Below the pieces are notes generated by a model. That model saw only the letters and a program-made list of their open reading frames with translations. It was not told where the DNA came from and ran no database searches. The position numbers were made by a program, and so were the translations under genes. A stretch of 64,000 nt of DNA, from contig JBECUI020000028.1 in NCBI GenBank assembly GCA_040954595.2, positions 62,001 through 126,000 of the forward strand, in the 5' to 3' direction. This document shows, piece by piece, positions 13,801 to 27,500 of the stretch (position 1 is its first letter; every line of letters begins with the position of its first letter). The stretch comes from Balanoglossus misakiensis (taxonomy: Eukaryota > Animalia > Hemichordata).

Positions 13801-15656
13801 CAAACATAGATATAACCTTGATATTTCATGGGATAAACACAGCATTATGTTCCATCTCATTAATTATGTGCATATCTAATATCAGATCAGATAATAAAGC
13901 TTGGGCCCGGACAATGCTGCTTGCAGCTTTAATTCTTTCTTTCTTTCTTTCTTTTTTCTTGTGTCAATTCTTCGGCCAACGAGATCTCTTAAACTACTGC
14001 AGGTACACTGCTCAAACTTGCTACAGTTGTCAAGGTCTATGAGTAGATGTGCAGTGACTTGTAAATACTTAATTAGTCATGTGACCTGGCGGCCATATTG
14101 GATTTTCTGAAAAAATGCAAATCTCAGATCTCAGAAACTACTAGTCAGATCAACTTCAAATTTGGCATGCAGGTAGACTACCTTCTACCCATCATTTTTG
14201 TAATTGGAAATTTTGCTGTCAATGTTGCAGTTTTTTCGCTACAATTTTTTTTCTGAAATCTGGCTTAAATTTCAAAAATCTTCTTCTCCAGAACCGGTGA
14301 TAACCGAGACACGGGGTTTGGGGTATGTGGTCACCTAACTGATGTCTATCAAGTTTGCGAAGATCATTGTGATTGGTCGAAGATTATGGCGGCCATATTG
14401 GATTTTCAAAAAACCATAGTTAAACTCCAATAATCTTCTTCTCCAGAATGGGCGATGACTGAGTTGCAAGATTCGGGGAGTATGGTCTCTACACTGATGT
14501 CTATCAAGTTTGCCAGGAGCATTGTGATTGGTCGAAGATTATGGCGGCCATATTGGATTTTGTAAAAAGCAATGAAAAATTGAAATTCCTTTTTCTAGTC
14601 TAAAAATTGATAGCATACAAATTCTTTTCATGGATATCAATCGTCATGTGACTAAAATATGTTACAAATTTTAGGCGATTTTTCACATGACCTTTGACCT
14701 ACTTTTCACGCATTATTATTTCTGCATATCTAATTCCAGGCTAACCTATAGGGGTAGACGTTTGGTTTTTGATGCATGTGGATTAGTGTGTGATCAAAAT
14801 ATTTTGCTACTTTCCATGACCCCTTTGACCTCTGCTCACCTCATTAATTATGTGCATAGCTAATTACGGGCGAACCAATAGAGCTAGAGGTTTGGTTTTT
14901 GTTGGACATGGACCAGTATGGGATCAAAATTTTTTGCCCAAATGTTGGGTGACCTCTGGTGACCTTTGACCTACTTTCGCGTATCTCAACATCCAGAGCA
15001 GATACAGCATTGGCATTTGGCAGGATGGGACCAAAATGTAAAGCCACATTTTTGGGTCACCTGTGACACCTGTTGACCTCATTAGATATGCACATACCTT
15101 ATTACCGGTGAACCAATAGAGCTAGAGTTTTGGTTTTTGTTGGACATGGCCCAGTATGGGTCAAAAAATTTTGCCCAAATGTTGGGTGACCTGAGGTGAC
15201 CTTTGACCTACTTTACTCTATTTCAGCAGCAAAAATACATATGTCCTTGTTATGTCATGAGATAAAACACCCGATAGAGCATTCTGTTTCTTCTGAATCA
15301 TACTGTGCATATATAATACCGGATCAGCGCTTGGGCCCGGCAATGCTGCTTGCAGCTTTAATTAGGGCCCAAGCGCATACCAGCGCTTGGGCCCTATTGG
15401 TTTCGTTGGAATTTTTAGGGCCCAAGCGCAAGCAAGCGCTTGGGCCCTATTGGTTTCGTTGGAATTTTTAGGGCCCAAGCGCACAGCAGCGCTTGGGCCC
15501 TATTGGTTTCGTCTGGGTTTTTCTGTCTTTAGGGCCCAAGCGCATACCAGCGCTTGGGCCCTATTGGTTTCGTTGGGGTTTTTCAGTCTTTCTTTCCTTC
15601 TTAGGGCCCAAGCGCAAGCAAGCGCTTGGGCCCTATTGGTTTCGTTGGGGTTTTTT

Positions 15657-17385
15657 AGGGCCCAAGCGCATACCAGTGCTTGGGCCCTATTGGTTTCGTT
15701 GGGGTTTTTCTTTCTTTCTTTCTTTCTTTCTTTATTCTTCTGTCAATTCTTTGTCGCTCTAGATCTCAGACACCGCTGCAGGTACACTTCTGAAACTTGC
15801 TACAGTGGTCAAGGTCAATGAGTAGTCGTGCATTGAACCCTTGAATTTTTAATTAGTCACGTGACCTGGCGGCCATATTGGATATTCTGAAAAAATGCAA
15901 ATCTCAGATCTCAGAAACTACAAGTCAGATCGACTTCAAATTTGGTGTGCAGGTAGTCTACCTTCTACCCATCATTTTTGTAATTGGTTATTTTGCTGTG
16001 AATGTTGCAGTTTTTTTGCTACAATTTTTTTTCTGAAATCTGGCTTAAATTTCAAAAATCTTCTTCTCCAGAACCGGTGATAACCGAGTCACGCGGTTTG
16101 GGGTATGTGGTCACCTAACTGATGTCTATCAAGTTTGCGAAGATCATTGTGATTGGTTGAAGATTATGGCGGCCATATTGGATTTTCGAAAAACCCTAGT
16201 AAAATTTCAAAAATCTTCTTCTCAAGAACCGGCGATAACCGAGTCACAAGATTTGGTGTGTGTGGTCACTAAACAGATGTCTATCAAGTTTGCGAAGAGG
16301 AATGTGATTGGTCGAAGATTATGGCGGCCATATTGGATTTTGTGAAAAACGATTAAAAAGTAAAAATTCCCTTTCTAGCCTAAAAATTGATAGCACAGAA
16401 ATTCTTTTTATGGATATGAATCTTCATATGACAAGAATAAGCTATAAATATTTTGGTAATTTTGGCAATGACCTTTGACCTACTTTTGACGCATGATTTT
16501 TCTGCATATCTAATTCCAGGCTAACCAATAGGGCTATAAGTTTGGTTTTTGATGTATGTCGATTTGTATGTGATCCAAAAATTTTGCTACTTTTCATGAC
16601 CCCTTTGACCTCTGCTGACCTCATTAAATATGTACATACCTAATTACAGATGAACCAATAGACCTAGAGATTTTGTTTTTGTTATACATGGACCAGTATG
16701 GGGTCAAAATATTTTGCCCAAATGTTGGGTGACCTCAGGTGACCTTTGACCTACTTTTGCATATCTCGACATCCACAGCAGATACAGCCTTGGCGTTTGG
16801 AGGTATGGGGCCATAATGAAAAGCCAAAGTTTTGGGTCACCTGTGACACCTGCTTAACTCATTAATTATGTGCATACCTAATTATAGGCTAACCAAAAGG
16901 GCTAGAGGTCTGGTTTTTGTTGGACATGGACCACTATGGGTCAAAATTTTCTGCCCAAATTTTGGATGACCTCAGATGACCTTTGACCTACTTTTGCATA
17001 TCTCGGCATCCAAAGCAGGTACAGCCTTGGCATTTGGAGGTATGGGGCCATAATGAAAAGCCAAAGCCAAAGTTTTGGGTCACCTGTGACACCTGCTTTA
17101 CGCATTATTTATGTGCATACCTAATTCCAGGCTAACCAAAATGGCTAGAGGTCTGGTTTTTGTTGGACATGGACCACTATGGGTTAAAATTTTCTGCCCA
17201 AATGTTGGGTGACCTCTGGGTGACCTTTGACCTACTTAACACTTTATCAGCACCAAACATAGATATAACCTTGATATTTCATGGGATAGAACAGCATTAT
17301 GTTTCTACTCATTAATTATGTGCATATCTAATATCAGATCAGATAATAGAGCTTGGGCCCGGACAATGCTGCTTGCAGCTTTAAT
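15657..17385 (+). mobile_element. Uninterrupted HINE-like copy (loop ATACCA, three ~238-bp subrepeats)
   Basis: Contiguous head-to-tail; body nearly identical to 10842-12508. Confidence 0.8.
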
Positions 17386-18826
17386 CTGTCTTTCCTTCTT
17401 TCTTCTTTCTTTCTTTATTCTTGTGTCAATTCTTTGTCGCTCTAGATCTCAGACACCGCTGCAGGTACACTTCTGAAACTTGCTACAGTGGTCAAGGTCA
17501 ATGAGTAGTCGTGCATTGAACCCTTGAATTTTTAATTAGTCACGTGACCTGGCGGCCATCTTGGATTTTCTGAAAAAATGCAAATCTCAGATCTCAGAAA
17601 CTTCAAGTCAGATCAACTTCAAATTTGGCATGCAGGTAGACTACCTTCTACCCATCATTTTTGTAATTGGAAATTTTGCTGTCAATGTTGCAGTTTTTTC
17701 GCTACAATTTTTTTTCTGAAATCTGGCTTAAATTTCAAAAATCTTCTTCTCCAGAACCGGTGATAACCGAGACACGGGGTTTGGGGTATGTGGTCACCTA
17801 ACTGATGTCTATCAAGTTTGCGAAGATCATTGTGATTGGTCGAAGATTATGGCGGCCATATTGGATTTTCAAAAAACCATAGTTAAACTCCAATAATCTT
17901 CTTCTCCAGAATGGGCGATGACTGAGTTGCAAGATTCGGGGAGTATGGTCACTACACTGATGTCTATCAAGTTTGCAAAGAGCATTGTGATTGGTCGAAG
18001 ATTATGGCGGCCATATTGGATTTTGTAAAAAGCAGTGAAAATTTTAAATTCCTTTTTCTAATCTAAAAATTGATAGCATACAAATTCTTTTTATGGATAT
18101 CAATCGTCATGTGACTAAAATATGTTACAATTTTTTGGTGATTTTTCACATGACCTTTGACCTACTTATCACGCGTTATTATATCTGCATATCTAATTCC
18201 AGGCTAACCTATAGGGCTAGACGTTTGGTTTTTACTGAATGTGGATTAGTGTGTGATCAAAATATTTTGCTACTTTTCATGACCCCTTTGACCTCTGCTG
18301 ACCTCATTAATTATGTGCATAGCTAATTACAGGCGAACCAATAGAGCTAGAGGTTTGGTTTTTGTTGGACATGGACCAGTATGGGATCAAAATTTTTTGC
18401 CCAAATGTTGGGTGACCTCTGGTGACCTTTGACCTACTTTCGCATATCTCAGCATCCAGAGCAGATACAGCCATGGCATTTGGTAGGATGGGACCAAAAT
18501 GTAAAGCCACATTTTTGGGTCACCTGTGACACCTGCTGACCTCATTAAATATGCACATACCTAATTACAGGCGAACCAATAGAGCTAGAGTTTTGGTTTT
18601 TGTTGGACATGGACCAGTATGGGTAAAAAAAAAATGCCCAAATGTTGGGTGACCTCAGGTGACCTTTGACCTACATCACCCTATTTCAGCAGCAAAAATA
18701 CACACGTCCTTGTTATGTCATGAGATAATACATCCGATAGAAAATTCTGTTTCTTCTCATTCATACTGTGCATATATAATTCAAGATCAGCGCTTGGGCC
18801 CGACAATGCTGCTCGCAGCTTTAATT

Positions 18827-20307
18827 AGGGCCCAAGCGCATACCAGCGCTTGGGCCCTATTGGTTTCGTTGGGGTTTTTCAGTCTTTCTTTCCTTCTTTA
18901 TTCTTGGTTCCATTTTTCGGCCACCTAAATCTCAAAAACTGCAGCACCAACCAGGCTGAAACTTGGTAGGCAGATAGGGGCCAATGAGTAGATGTGCAGT
19001 GGCTCGTGAATATTTAATTAGTCACGTGACCTGGCGGCCATATTGGATTTTCTGAAAAAATGCAAATCTCAGATCTCAGAAACTACAATTCAGATTGACT
19101 TCAAATTTGGTGTGCAGCTAGTATACCTTATGCCCATCATTTTTGTAATTGGATATTATGCTGTCAATGTTGCAGTTTTTTTGCTACAGTTGTTTTTCTG
19201 AAATCTGGTCAAATTTTCAAAAATCTTCTTCTCCAGAACCGGCAATAACCGAGTCACGCCATTTGAGGGATGTGGTCACCTAACTGATGTCTATCAAGTT
19301 TGCGAAGATCATTGTGATTGGTCGAAGATTATGGCGGCCATATTGGATTTTCGAAAAACCATAGTAAAACTTCAAAAATCTTCTTCTCCAGAACGGGCAA
19401 TAACTGAGTCGCAAGATTCGGGGAGTATGGTCACAACACTGATGTCTATCAAGTCTGCAAAGAGCATTGTGATTGGTCGAAGATTATGGCGGCCATATTG
19501 GATTTTGTAAAAAGCAGTGAAAAATTGAAATTCCTTTTCCTTGTCTAAAAATTGATAGCATCTAAATTCTGTTCATGGATATCAATCGTCATGTGACTAA
19601 AATATGTTACAAATTTTTGGCGATTTTTCACATGACCTTTGACCTACTTATCACGCGTTATTATTTCTGCATATCTAATTCCAGGCTAACCTATAGGGCT
19701 AGACTTTTGGTTTTTGATGCATGTGGATTAGTGTGTGATCAAAATATTTTGCTACTTTTCATGACCCCTTTGACCTCTGCTGACCTCATTAATTATGTGC
19801 ATAGCTAATTACAGGCGAACCAATAGAGCTAGAGGTTTGGTTTTTGTTGGACATGGACCAGTATGGGATCAAAAATTTTTGTCCAATTGTTGGGTGACCT
19901 CTGGTGACCTTTGACCTACTTTCGCATATCTCAGCATCCAGAGCAGATACAGCCATGGCATTTGGTAGGATGGGACCAAAATGTAAAGCCACATTTTTGG
20001 GTCACCTGTGACACCTGCTGACCTCATTAAATATGCACATACCTAATTACAGACGAACCAATAGAGCTAGAGTTTTGGTTTTTGTTGGACATGGACCAGT
20101 ATGGGTCAAAAAAATTGCCCAAATGTTGGGTGACCTCAGGTGACCTTTGACCTACTTCACCCTATTTCAGCAGCAAAAATACACACATCCTTGTTATGTC
20201 ATGAGATAATACATCCGATAGAAAATTCTGTTTTTTCTCATTCAAACTGTGCATATGTAATTCAAGATCAGCGCTTGGGCCCGACAATGCTGCTCGCAGC
20301 TTTAATT
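18827..20307 (+). mobile_element. Uninterrupted HINE-like copy (loop ATACCA, variant 5' body)
   Basis: Contiguous head-to-tail. Confidence 0.8.
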
Positions 20308-23067
20308 TATTCTTGGTTCCATTTTTCGGCCACCTAAATCTCAAAAACTGCAGCACCAACCAGGCTGAAACTTGGTAGGCAGATAGGGGCCAATGAGTAG
20401 ATGTGCAGTGGCTCGTGAATATTTAATTAGTCACGTGACCTGGCGGCCATATTGGATTTTCTGAAAAAATGCAAATCTCAGATCTCAGAAACTACAAGTC
20501 AGATTGACTTCAAATTTGGTGTGCAGCTAGTATACCTTATGCCCAACATTTTTGTAATTGGATATTATGCTGTCAATGTTGCAGTTTTTTTGCTACAGTT
20601 GTTTTTCTGAAATCTGGTCAAATTTTCAAAAATCTTCTTCTCCAGAACCGGCGATAACCGAGTCACGCCATTTGAGGTATGTGGTCACCTCACTGATGTC
20701 TATCAAGTTTGCGAAGATCATTGTGATTGGTCGAAGATTATGGCGGCCATATTGGATTTTCGAAAAACCATAGTAAAACTTCAAAAATCTTCTCCTCCAG
20801 AACGGGCGATAACCGAGTCACAAGATTTGGTGTGTGTGGTCATTAAACAGATGTCTATCAAGTTTGCGAAGGGGAATGTGATTGGTCGAAGATTATGGCG
20901 GCCATATTGGATTTTGTGAAAAACGATTAAAAAGTAAAAATTCCTTTTCTAGCCTAAAAATTGATAGCACAGAAATTCTTTTTATGGATATGAATCATCA
21001 TATGACAAGAATAAGCTATAAATATTGTGGTAATTTTGGCAATGACCTTTGACCTACTTTTGACGCATCATTTTTCTGCATATCTAATTCCAGGCTAACC
21101 AATAGGGCTATAAGTTTGGTTTTTGATGTATGTGGATTTGTATGTGATCAAAAAATTTTGCTACTTTTCATGACCCCTTTGACCTCTGCTGACCTCATTA
21201 AATATGCACATACCTAATTACAGATGAACCGATAGACCTAGAGATTTTGTTTTTGTTATACATGGACCAGTATGGGGTCAAAATATTTTGCCCAAATGTT
21301 GGGTGACCTCGGGTGACCTTTGACCTACTTTTGCATATCTCGACATCCACAGCAGATACAGCCTTGGCATTTGGAGGTATGGGGCCATAATGAAAAGCCA
21401 AAGTTTTGGGTCACCTGTGACACCTGCTTTACTCATTATTTATGTGCATACCTAATTCCGGGCTAACCAAAATGGCTAGAGGTCTGGTTTTTGTTGGACA
21501 TGGACCACTATGGGTCAAAATGTTCTGCCCAAATTGTGGATGACCCCTGGGTGACCTTTGATGTTTCTACTCATTAATTATGTGCATATCTAATAATCAG
21601 ATCAGATAATAGAGCTTGGGCCCGGACAATGCTGCTTGCAGCTTTAATTCTTTCTTTATTCTTGGTTCCATTCTTTGGCCAACGAGATCTCAGACACCGC
21701 TGCAGGTACACTTCTCAAACTTGCTACAGTGGTCAAGGTCAATGAGTAGATGTGCAGTGACTTGTGAATACTTAATTAGTCACGTGACCTGGCGGCCATA
21801 TTGGATTTTCTGAAAAAATGCAAATCTCAGATCTCAGAAACTACAAGTCAGATCGACTTCAAATTTGGCATGCAGGTAGACTTCCTTGTACCCATCATTT
21901 TTGTAATTGGAAATTTTGCTGTCAATGTTGCAGTTTTTTTGCTACAGTTGTTTTTCTGAAATCTGGCTTAAATTTCAAAAATCTTCTTCTCCAGAACCGG
22001 TGATAACCGAGTCACACCGTTTGGGGTATGTGGTCACCTAACTGATGTCTATCAAGTTTGCGAAGATCATTGTGATTGGTCGAAGATTATGGCGGCCATA
22101 TTGGATTTTCGAAAAACCGTAGTTAAACTCCAAAAATCTTCTTCTCCAGAACAGGCGATGACTGAGTCGCAAGATTCGGGGAGTGTGGTCACTACACTGA
22201 TGTCTATCAAGTTTGCAAAGAGCATTGTGATTGGTCGAAGATTATGGCGGCCATATTGAATTTTGTAAAAAGCAGTGAAAAATTGAAATTCCTTTTTCTA
22301 GTCTAAAAATTGATAGCATACAAATTCTTTTCATGGATATCAATCGTCATATGACTACAATATGTTACAAATTTTTGGCGATTTTTCACATGACCTTTGA
22401 CCTACTTTTCACACATTATTATTTCAGCATATCTAATTCCAGGCTAACCTATAGGGCTAGACTTTTGGTTTTTGATGCATGTGGATTAGTGTGTGATCAA
22501 ACTATTTTGCTACTTTTCATGACCCCTTTGACCTATACTGACCTCATTAATTATGTGCATAGCTAATTACAGGCGAACCAAGAGAGCTAGAGGTTTTGTT
22601 TTTGTTGGACATGGACCAGTATGGGATCAAAATTTTTTGCCCAAATTTGGGGTGACCTCTGGTGACCTTTGACCTACTTTCGCATATCTCAGCATCCAGA
22701 GCAGATACAGCCATGGCATTTGGTAGGATGGGACCAAAATGTAAAGCCACATTTTTGGGTCACCTGTAACACCTGCTGACCTCATTAAATATGCACATAC
22801 CTAATTACAGGCGAACCAATAGAGCTAGACTTTTGGTTTTTGTTGGACATGGACCAGTATGGGTAAAAAAAAAATTGCCCAAATTGTGGGTGACCTCAGG
22901 TGACCTTTGACCTACTTCACCCTATTTCAGCAGCAAAAATACACACATCCTTGTTATGTCATGAGATAATACATCCGATAGAAAATTCTGTTTCTTCTCA
23001 TTCATACTGTGCATATATAATTCAAGATCAGCGCTTGGGCCCGACAATGCTGCTCGCAGCTTTAATT

Positions 23068-24550
23068 AGGGCCCAAGCGCAAGCAAGCGCTTGGGCCCTA
23101 TTGGTTTCGTTGGGGTTTTTCTTTCTTTCTTTCTTTCTTTATTCTCCTGTCCATTTTTTATCGCTCTAGATCTCAGACACCGCTGCAGGTACAGTTCTCA
23201 AACTTGCTACAGTGGTCAAGGTCAATGAGTAGTCGTGCATTGAACCCATGAATTTTTAATTAGTCACGTGACATGGCGGCCATATTGGATTTTCTGAAAA
23301 AATGCAAATCTCAGATCTCAGAAACTACAAGTCAGATTTACTTCAGATTTGGCGTGCTGGTAGTGTACCTTCTGCCCATCATTTTTGTAATTGGATATTT
23401 TGCTGTCAATGTTGCAGTTTTTTTGCTACAGTTGTTTTTCTGAAATCTGGTCAAAATTTCAAAAATCTTCTTCTCCAGAACCGGCGATAACAGAGTCACG
23501 CGGTTTGGGGTATGGGGTCACCTAACTGAGGTCTATCAAGTTTGCGAAGATCATTGTGATTGGTCGAAGATTATGGCGGCCATATTGGATTTTCGAAAAA
23601 CCATAGTAAAACTCCCCAAATCTTCTTCTCCAGAACGGGCGATAACTGAGTCACAAGATTCGGGGAGTATGGTCACTACACTGATGTCTATCAAGTTTGC
23701 AAAGAACATTGTGATTGGTCGAAGATTATGGCGGCCATATTGGATTTTGTAAAAAGCATTGAAAAATTGAAATTTCTTTTTCTACTCTAAACATTGATAG
23801 CATAGAAATTCTTTGTATGGATATCAATCGACATGTGACTAAAATATGTTACAAATTTTTGGCGATTTTTCACATGACCTTTGACCTACTTTTCACATGT
23901 TATTATTTCTGCATATCTAATTCCAGGCTAACCTATAGGGCTAGATGTTTGGTTTTTGATGCATGTGGATAAGTGTGTGATCAAAATATTTTGCTACTTT
24001 CCATGACCCCTTTGACCTCTGCTTACCTCATTAATTATGTGCATAGCTAATTACAGGCGAACCAATAGAGCTAGAGGTTTGGTTTTTGTTGGACATGGAC
24101 CTGTATGGGATCAAAATTTTTTGCCCAAATGTTGGGTGACCTCTGGTGACCTTTGACCTACTTTCGCATATCTCAACATCCAGAGCAGATACAGCCTTGG
24201 CATTTGGCAGGATGGGACCTAAATGTAAAGCCAAATTTTTGGCTCACCTGTGACACCTGCTGACCTCATTAAATATGCACATACCTAATTACACGCGAAC
24301 CAATAGAGCTAGAGTTTTGGTTTTTGTTGGACATGGCCCAGCATGGGTCAAAATTTTTTGCCCAAATGTTGGATGACCTCAGGTGACCTTTGACCTACTT
24401 TACCCTATTTCAGCAGCAAAAATACATACGCCCTTGTTATGTCATGAGATAATACACCCGATAGAAAATTATGTTTCTTCTCATTCATAGTGTGCATATA
24501 TAATTCAAGATCAGCGCTTGGGCCCGACAATGCTGCTTGCAGCTTTAATT
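23068..24550 (+). mobile_element. Uninterrupted HINE-like copy (loop AAGCAA)
   Basis: Contiguous head-to-tail. Confidence 0.8.
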
Positions 24551-27500
24551 CTTTCTTTCTTTCTTTATTCTCCTGTCAATTCTTCGGCCAACTAAATCTC
24601 AGAAACTACTGCAGGTACACTGCTCAAACTTGCTACAGTGGTCAAGGTCAATGAGTAGATGTGCAGTGATTTGTGAATACTTAATTAGTCACGTGACTTG
24701 GCGGCCATATTGGATTTTCTGAAAAAATGCAAATCTCAGATCTCAGAAACTACAAGTCAGATCGACTTCAAATTTGGCATGCAGGTAGACTACCTTCTAC
24801 TCATCATTTTTGTAATTGGAAATTTTGCTGTCAATGTTGCAATTTTTTTGCTACAATTTTTTTTCTGAAATCTGGCTTAAATTTCAAAAATCTTCTTCTC
24901 CAGAACCGATGATAACCGAGACACGCGGTTTAGGGTATGTGGTCACCTAACTGATGTCTATCAAGTTTGCGAAGATCATTGTGATTGGTCGAAGATTATG
25001 GCGGCCATATTGGATTTTCGAAAAACCATAGTTAAACTCCAAAAATCTTCTTCTCCAGAACGGGCGATGACTGAGTCGCAAGATTCGGGGAGTATGGTCA
25101 CTACACTGATGTCTATCATGTTTGCAAAGAGCATTGTGATTGGTCAAAGATTATGGCGGCCATATTGGATTTTGTAAAAAGCAGCGAAAAATTGAAAATC
25201 CTTTATCTAGTCTAAAAATTGATAGCATACAAATTCTTTTTATGGATATCAATCGTCATGTGACTAAAATATGTTACAATTTTTTGGCGATTTTTCACAT
25301 GACCTTTGACCTACCTATCACGCGTTATTATTTCTGCATATCTAATTCCAGGCTAACCTATAGGGCTAGACGTTTGGTTTTTGATGAATGTGGATTAGTG
25401 TGTGATCAAAATATTTTGCTACTTTTCATGACCCTTTTGACCTCTGCTGACCTCATTAATTATGTGCATAGCTAATTACAGGCGCACCGATAGAGCTAGA
25501 GGTTTGGTTTTTGTTGGACATGGACCAGTATGGGATCACCATTTTTTGCCCAAATGTTGGGTGACCTCTGGTGACCTTTGACCTACTTTCGCATATCTCA
25601 GCATCCAGAGCAGATACAGCCATGGCATTTGGTAGGATGGGACCAAAATGTAAAGCCACATTTTTGGGTCACCTGTAACACCTGCTGACCTCATTAAATA
25701 TGCACATACCTAATTACAGGCGAACCAATAGAGCTAGAGTTTTGGTTTTTGTTGGACATGGACCAGTATGGGTAAAAAAAATTGCCCAAATGTTGGGTGA
25801 CCTCAGGTGACCTTTGACTTACTTCACCCTATTTCAGCAGCAAAAATACACACATCCTTGTTATGTCATGAGATAATACATCCGATAGAAAATTCTGTTT
25901 CTTCTCATTCATACTGTGCATATATAATTCAAGATCAGCGCTTGGGCCCGACAATGCTGCTCGCAGCTTTAATTCTTTCTTTCTTTCTTTATTCTTGTGT
26001 CAATTCTTCGGCCAACGAGATCTCTGAAACTACTGCAGGTACACTTCTCAAACTTGCTACAATGGTCAAGGTCAATGAGTAGATGTGCAGTGACTTGTGA
26101 ATACTTAATTAGTCACGTGACCTGGCGGCCATATTGGATTTTCTGAAAAAATGCAAATCTCAGATCTCAGAAACTACAAGTCAGATCGACTTCAAATTTG
26201 GCATGCAGGTAGACTACCTTCTACCCATCATTTTTGTAATTGGAAATTTTGCTGTCAATGTTGCAGTTTTTTTGCTACAATTTTTTTTCTGAAATCTGGC
26301 TTAAATTTCAAAAATCTTCTTCTCCAGAACCGGTGATAACCGAGACACGGGGTTTGGGGTATGTGGTCACCTAACTGATGTCTATCAAGTTTGCGAAGAT
26401 CATTGTGATTGGTCGAAGATTATGGCGGCCATATTGGATTTTCGAAAAACCATAGTTAAAATCCAAAAATCTTCTTCTCCAGAACTGGAGATGACTGAGT
26501 TGCAAGATTCGGGGAGTATGGTCACTACACTGATGTCTATCAAGTTTGCAAAGAACATTGTGATTGGTCGAAGATTATGGCGGCCATATTGGATTTTGTA
26601 AAAAGCAGTGAAAAATTGAAATTCCTTTTTCTAGTCTAAAAATTGATAGCATACAAATTCTTTTTATGGACATCAATCGTCATGTGACTAAAATATTATA
26701 CAATTTTTTGGCGATTTTTCACATGACCTTTGACCTACTTATCACGCATTATTATTTCTGCATATCTAATTCCAGGCTAACCTATAGGGCTAGACGTTTG
26801 GTTTTTGATGAATTTGGATTAGTGTGTGATCAAAATATTTTGCTACTTTTCATGACCCCTTTGACCTCAGCTGACCTCATTAATTATGTGCATAGCTAAT
26901 TACACGCGAACCAATAGAGCTAGAGGTTTGGTTTTTGTTGGACATGGACCAGTATGGGATCAAAATTTTTTGCCCAAATGTTGGGTGACCTCTGGTGACC
27001 TTTGACCTACTTTCGCATATCTCAGCATCCAGAGCAGATACAGCCATGGCATTTGGTAGGATGGGTCCAAAATGTAAAGCCACATTTTTGGGTCACCTGT
27101 AACATCTGCTGACCTCATTAAATATGCACATACCTAATTACAGGCGAACCAATAGAGCTAGAGTTTTGGTTTTTGTTGGACATGGTACAGTATTGGTCAA
27201 TAAATTTTGCCCAAATGTTGGGTGACCTCAGGTGACCTTTGACCTACTTTACTCTATTTCAGCAGGAAAAATACATATGTCCTTGTTATGTCATGAGATA
27301 AAACACCTGATAGAGCATTCTGTTTCTTCTCATTCATACTGTGCATATATAATACCGGATCAGCGCTTGGGCCCGACAATGCTGCTTGCAGCTTTAATCT
27401 TTCTTTCTTTCTTTATTCTTGTGTCAATTCTTTGGGCAACGAGATCTCAGACACCGCTGCAGGTACACTTCTCAAACTTGCTACAGTGGTCAAGGTCAAT

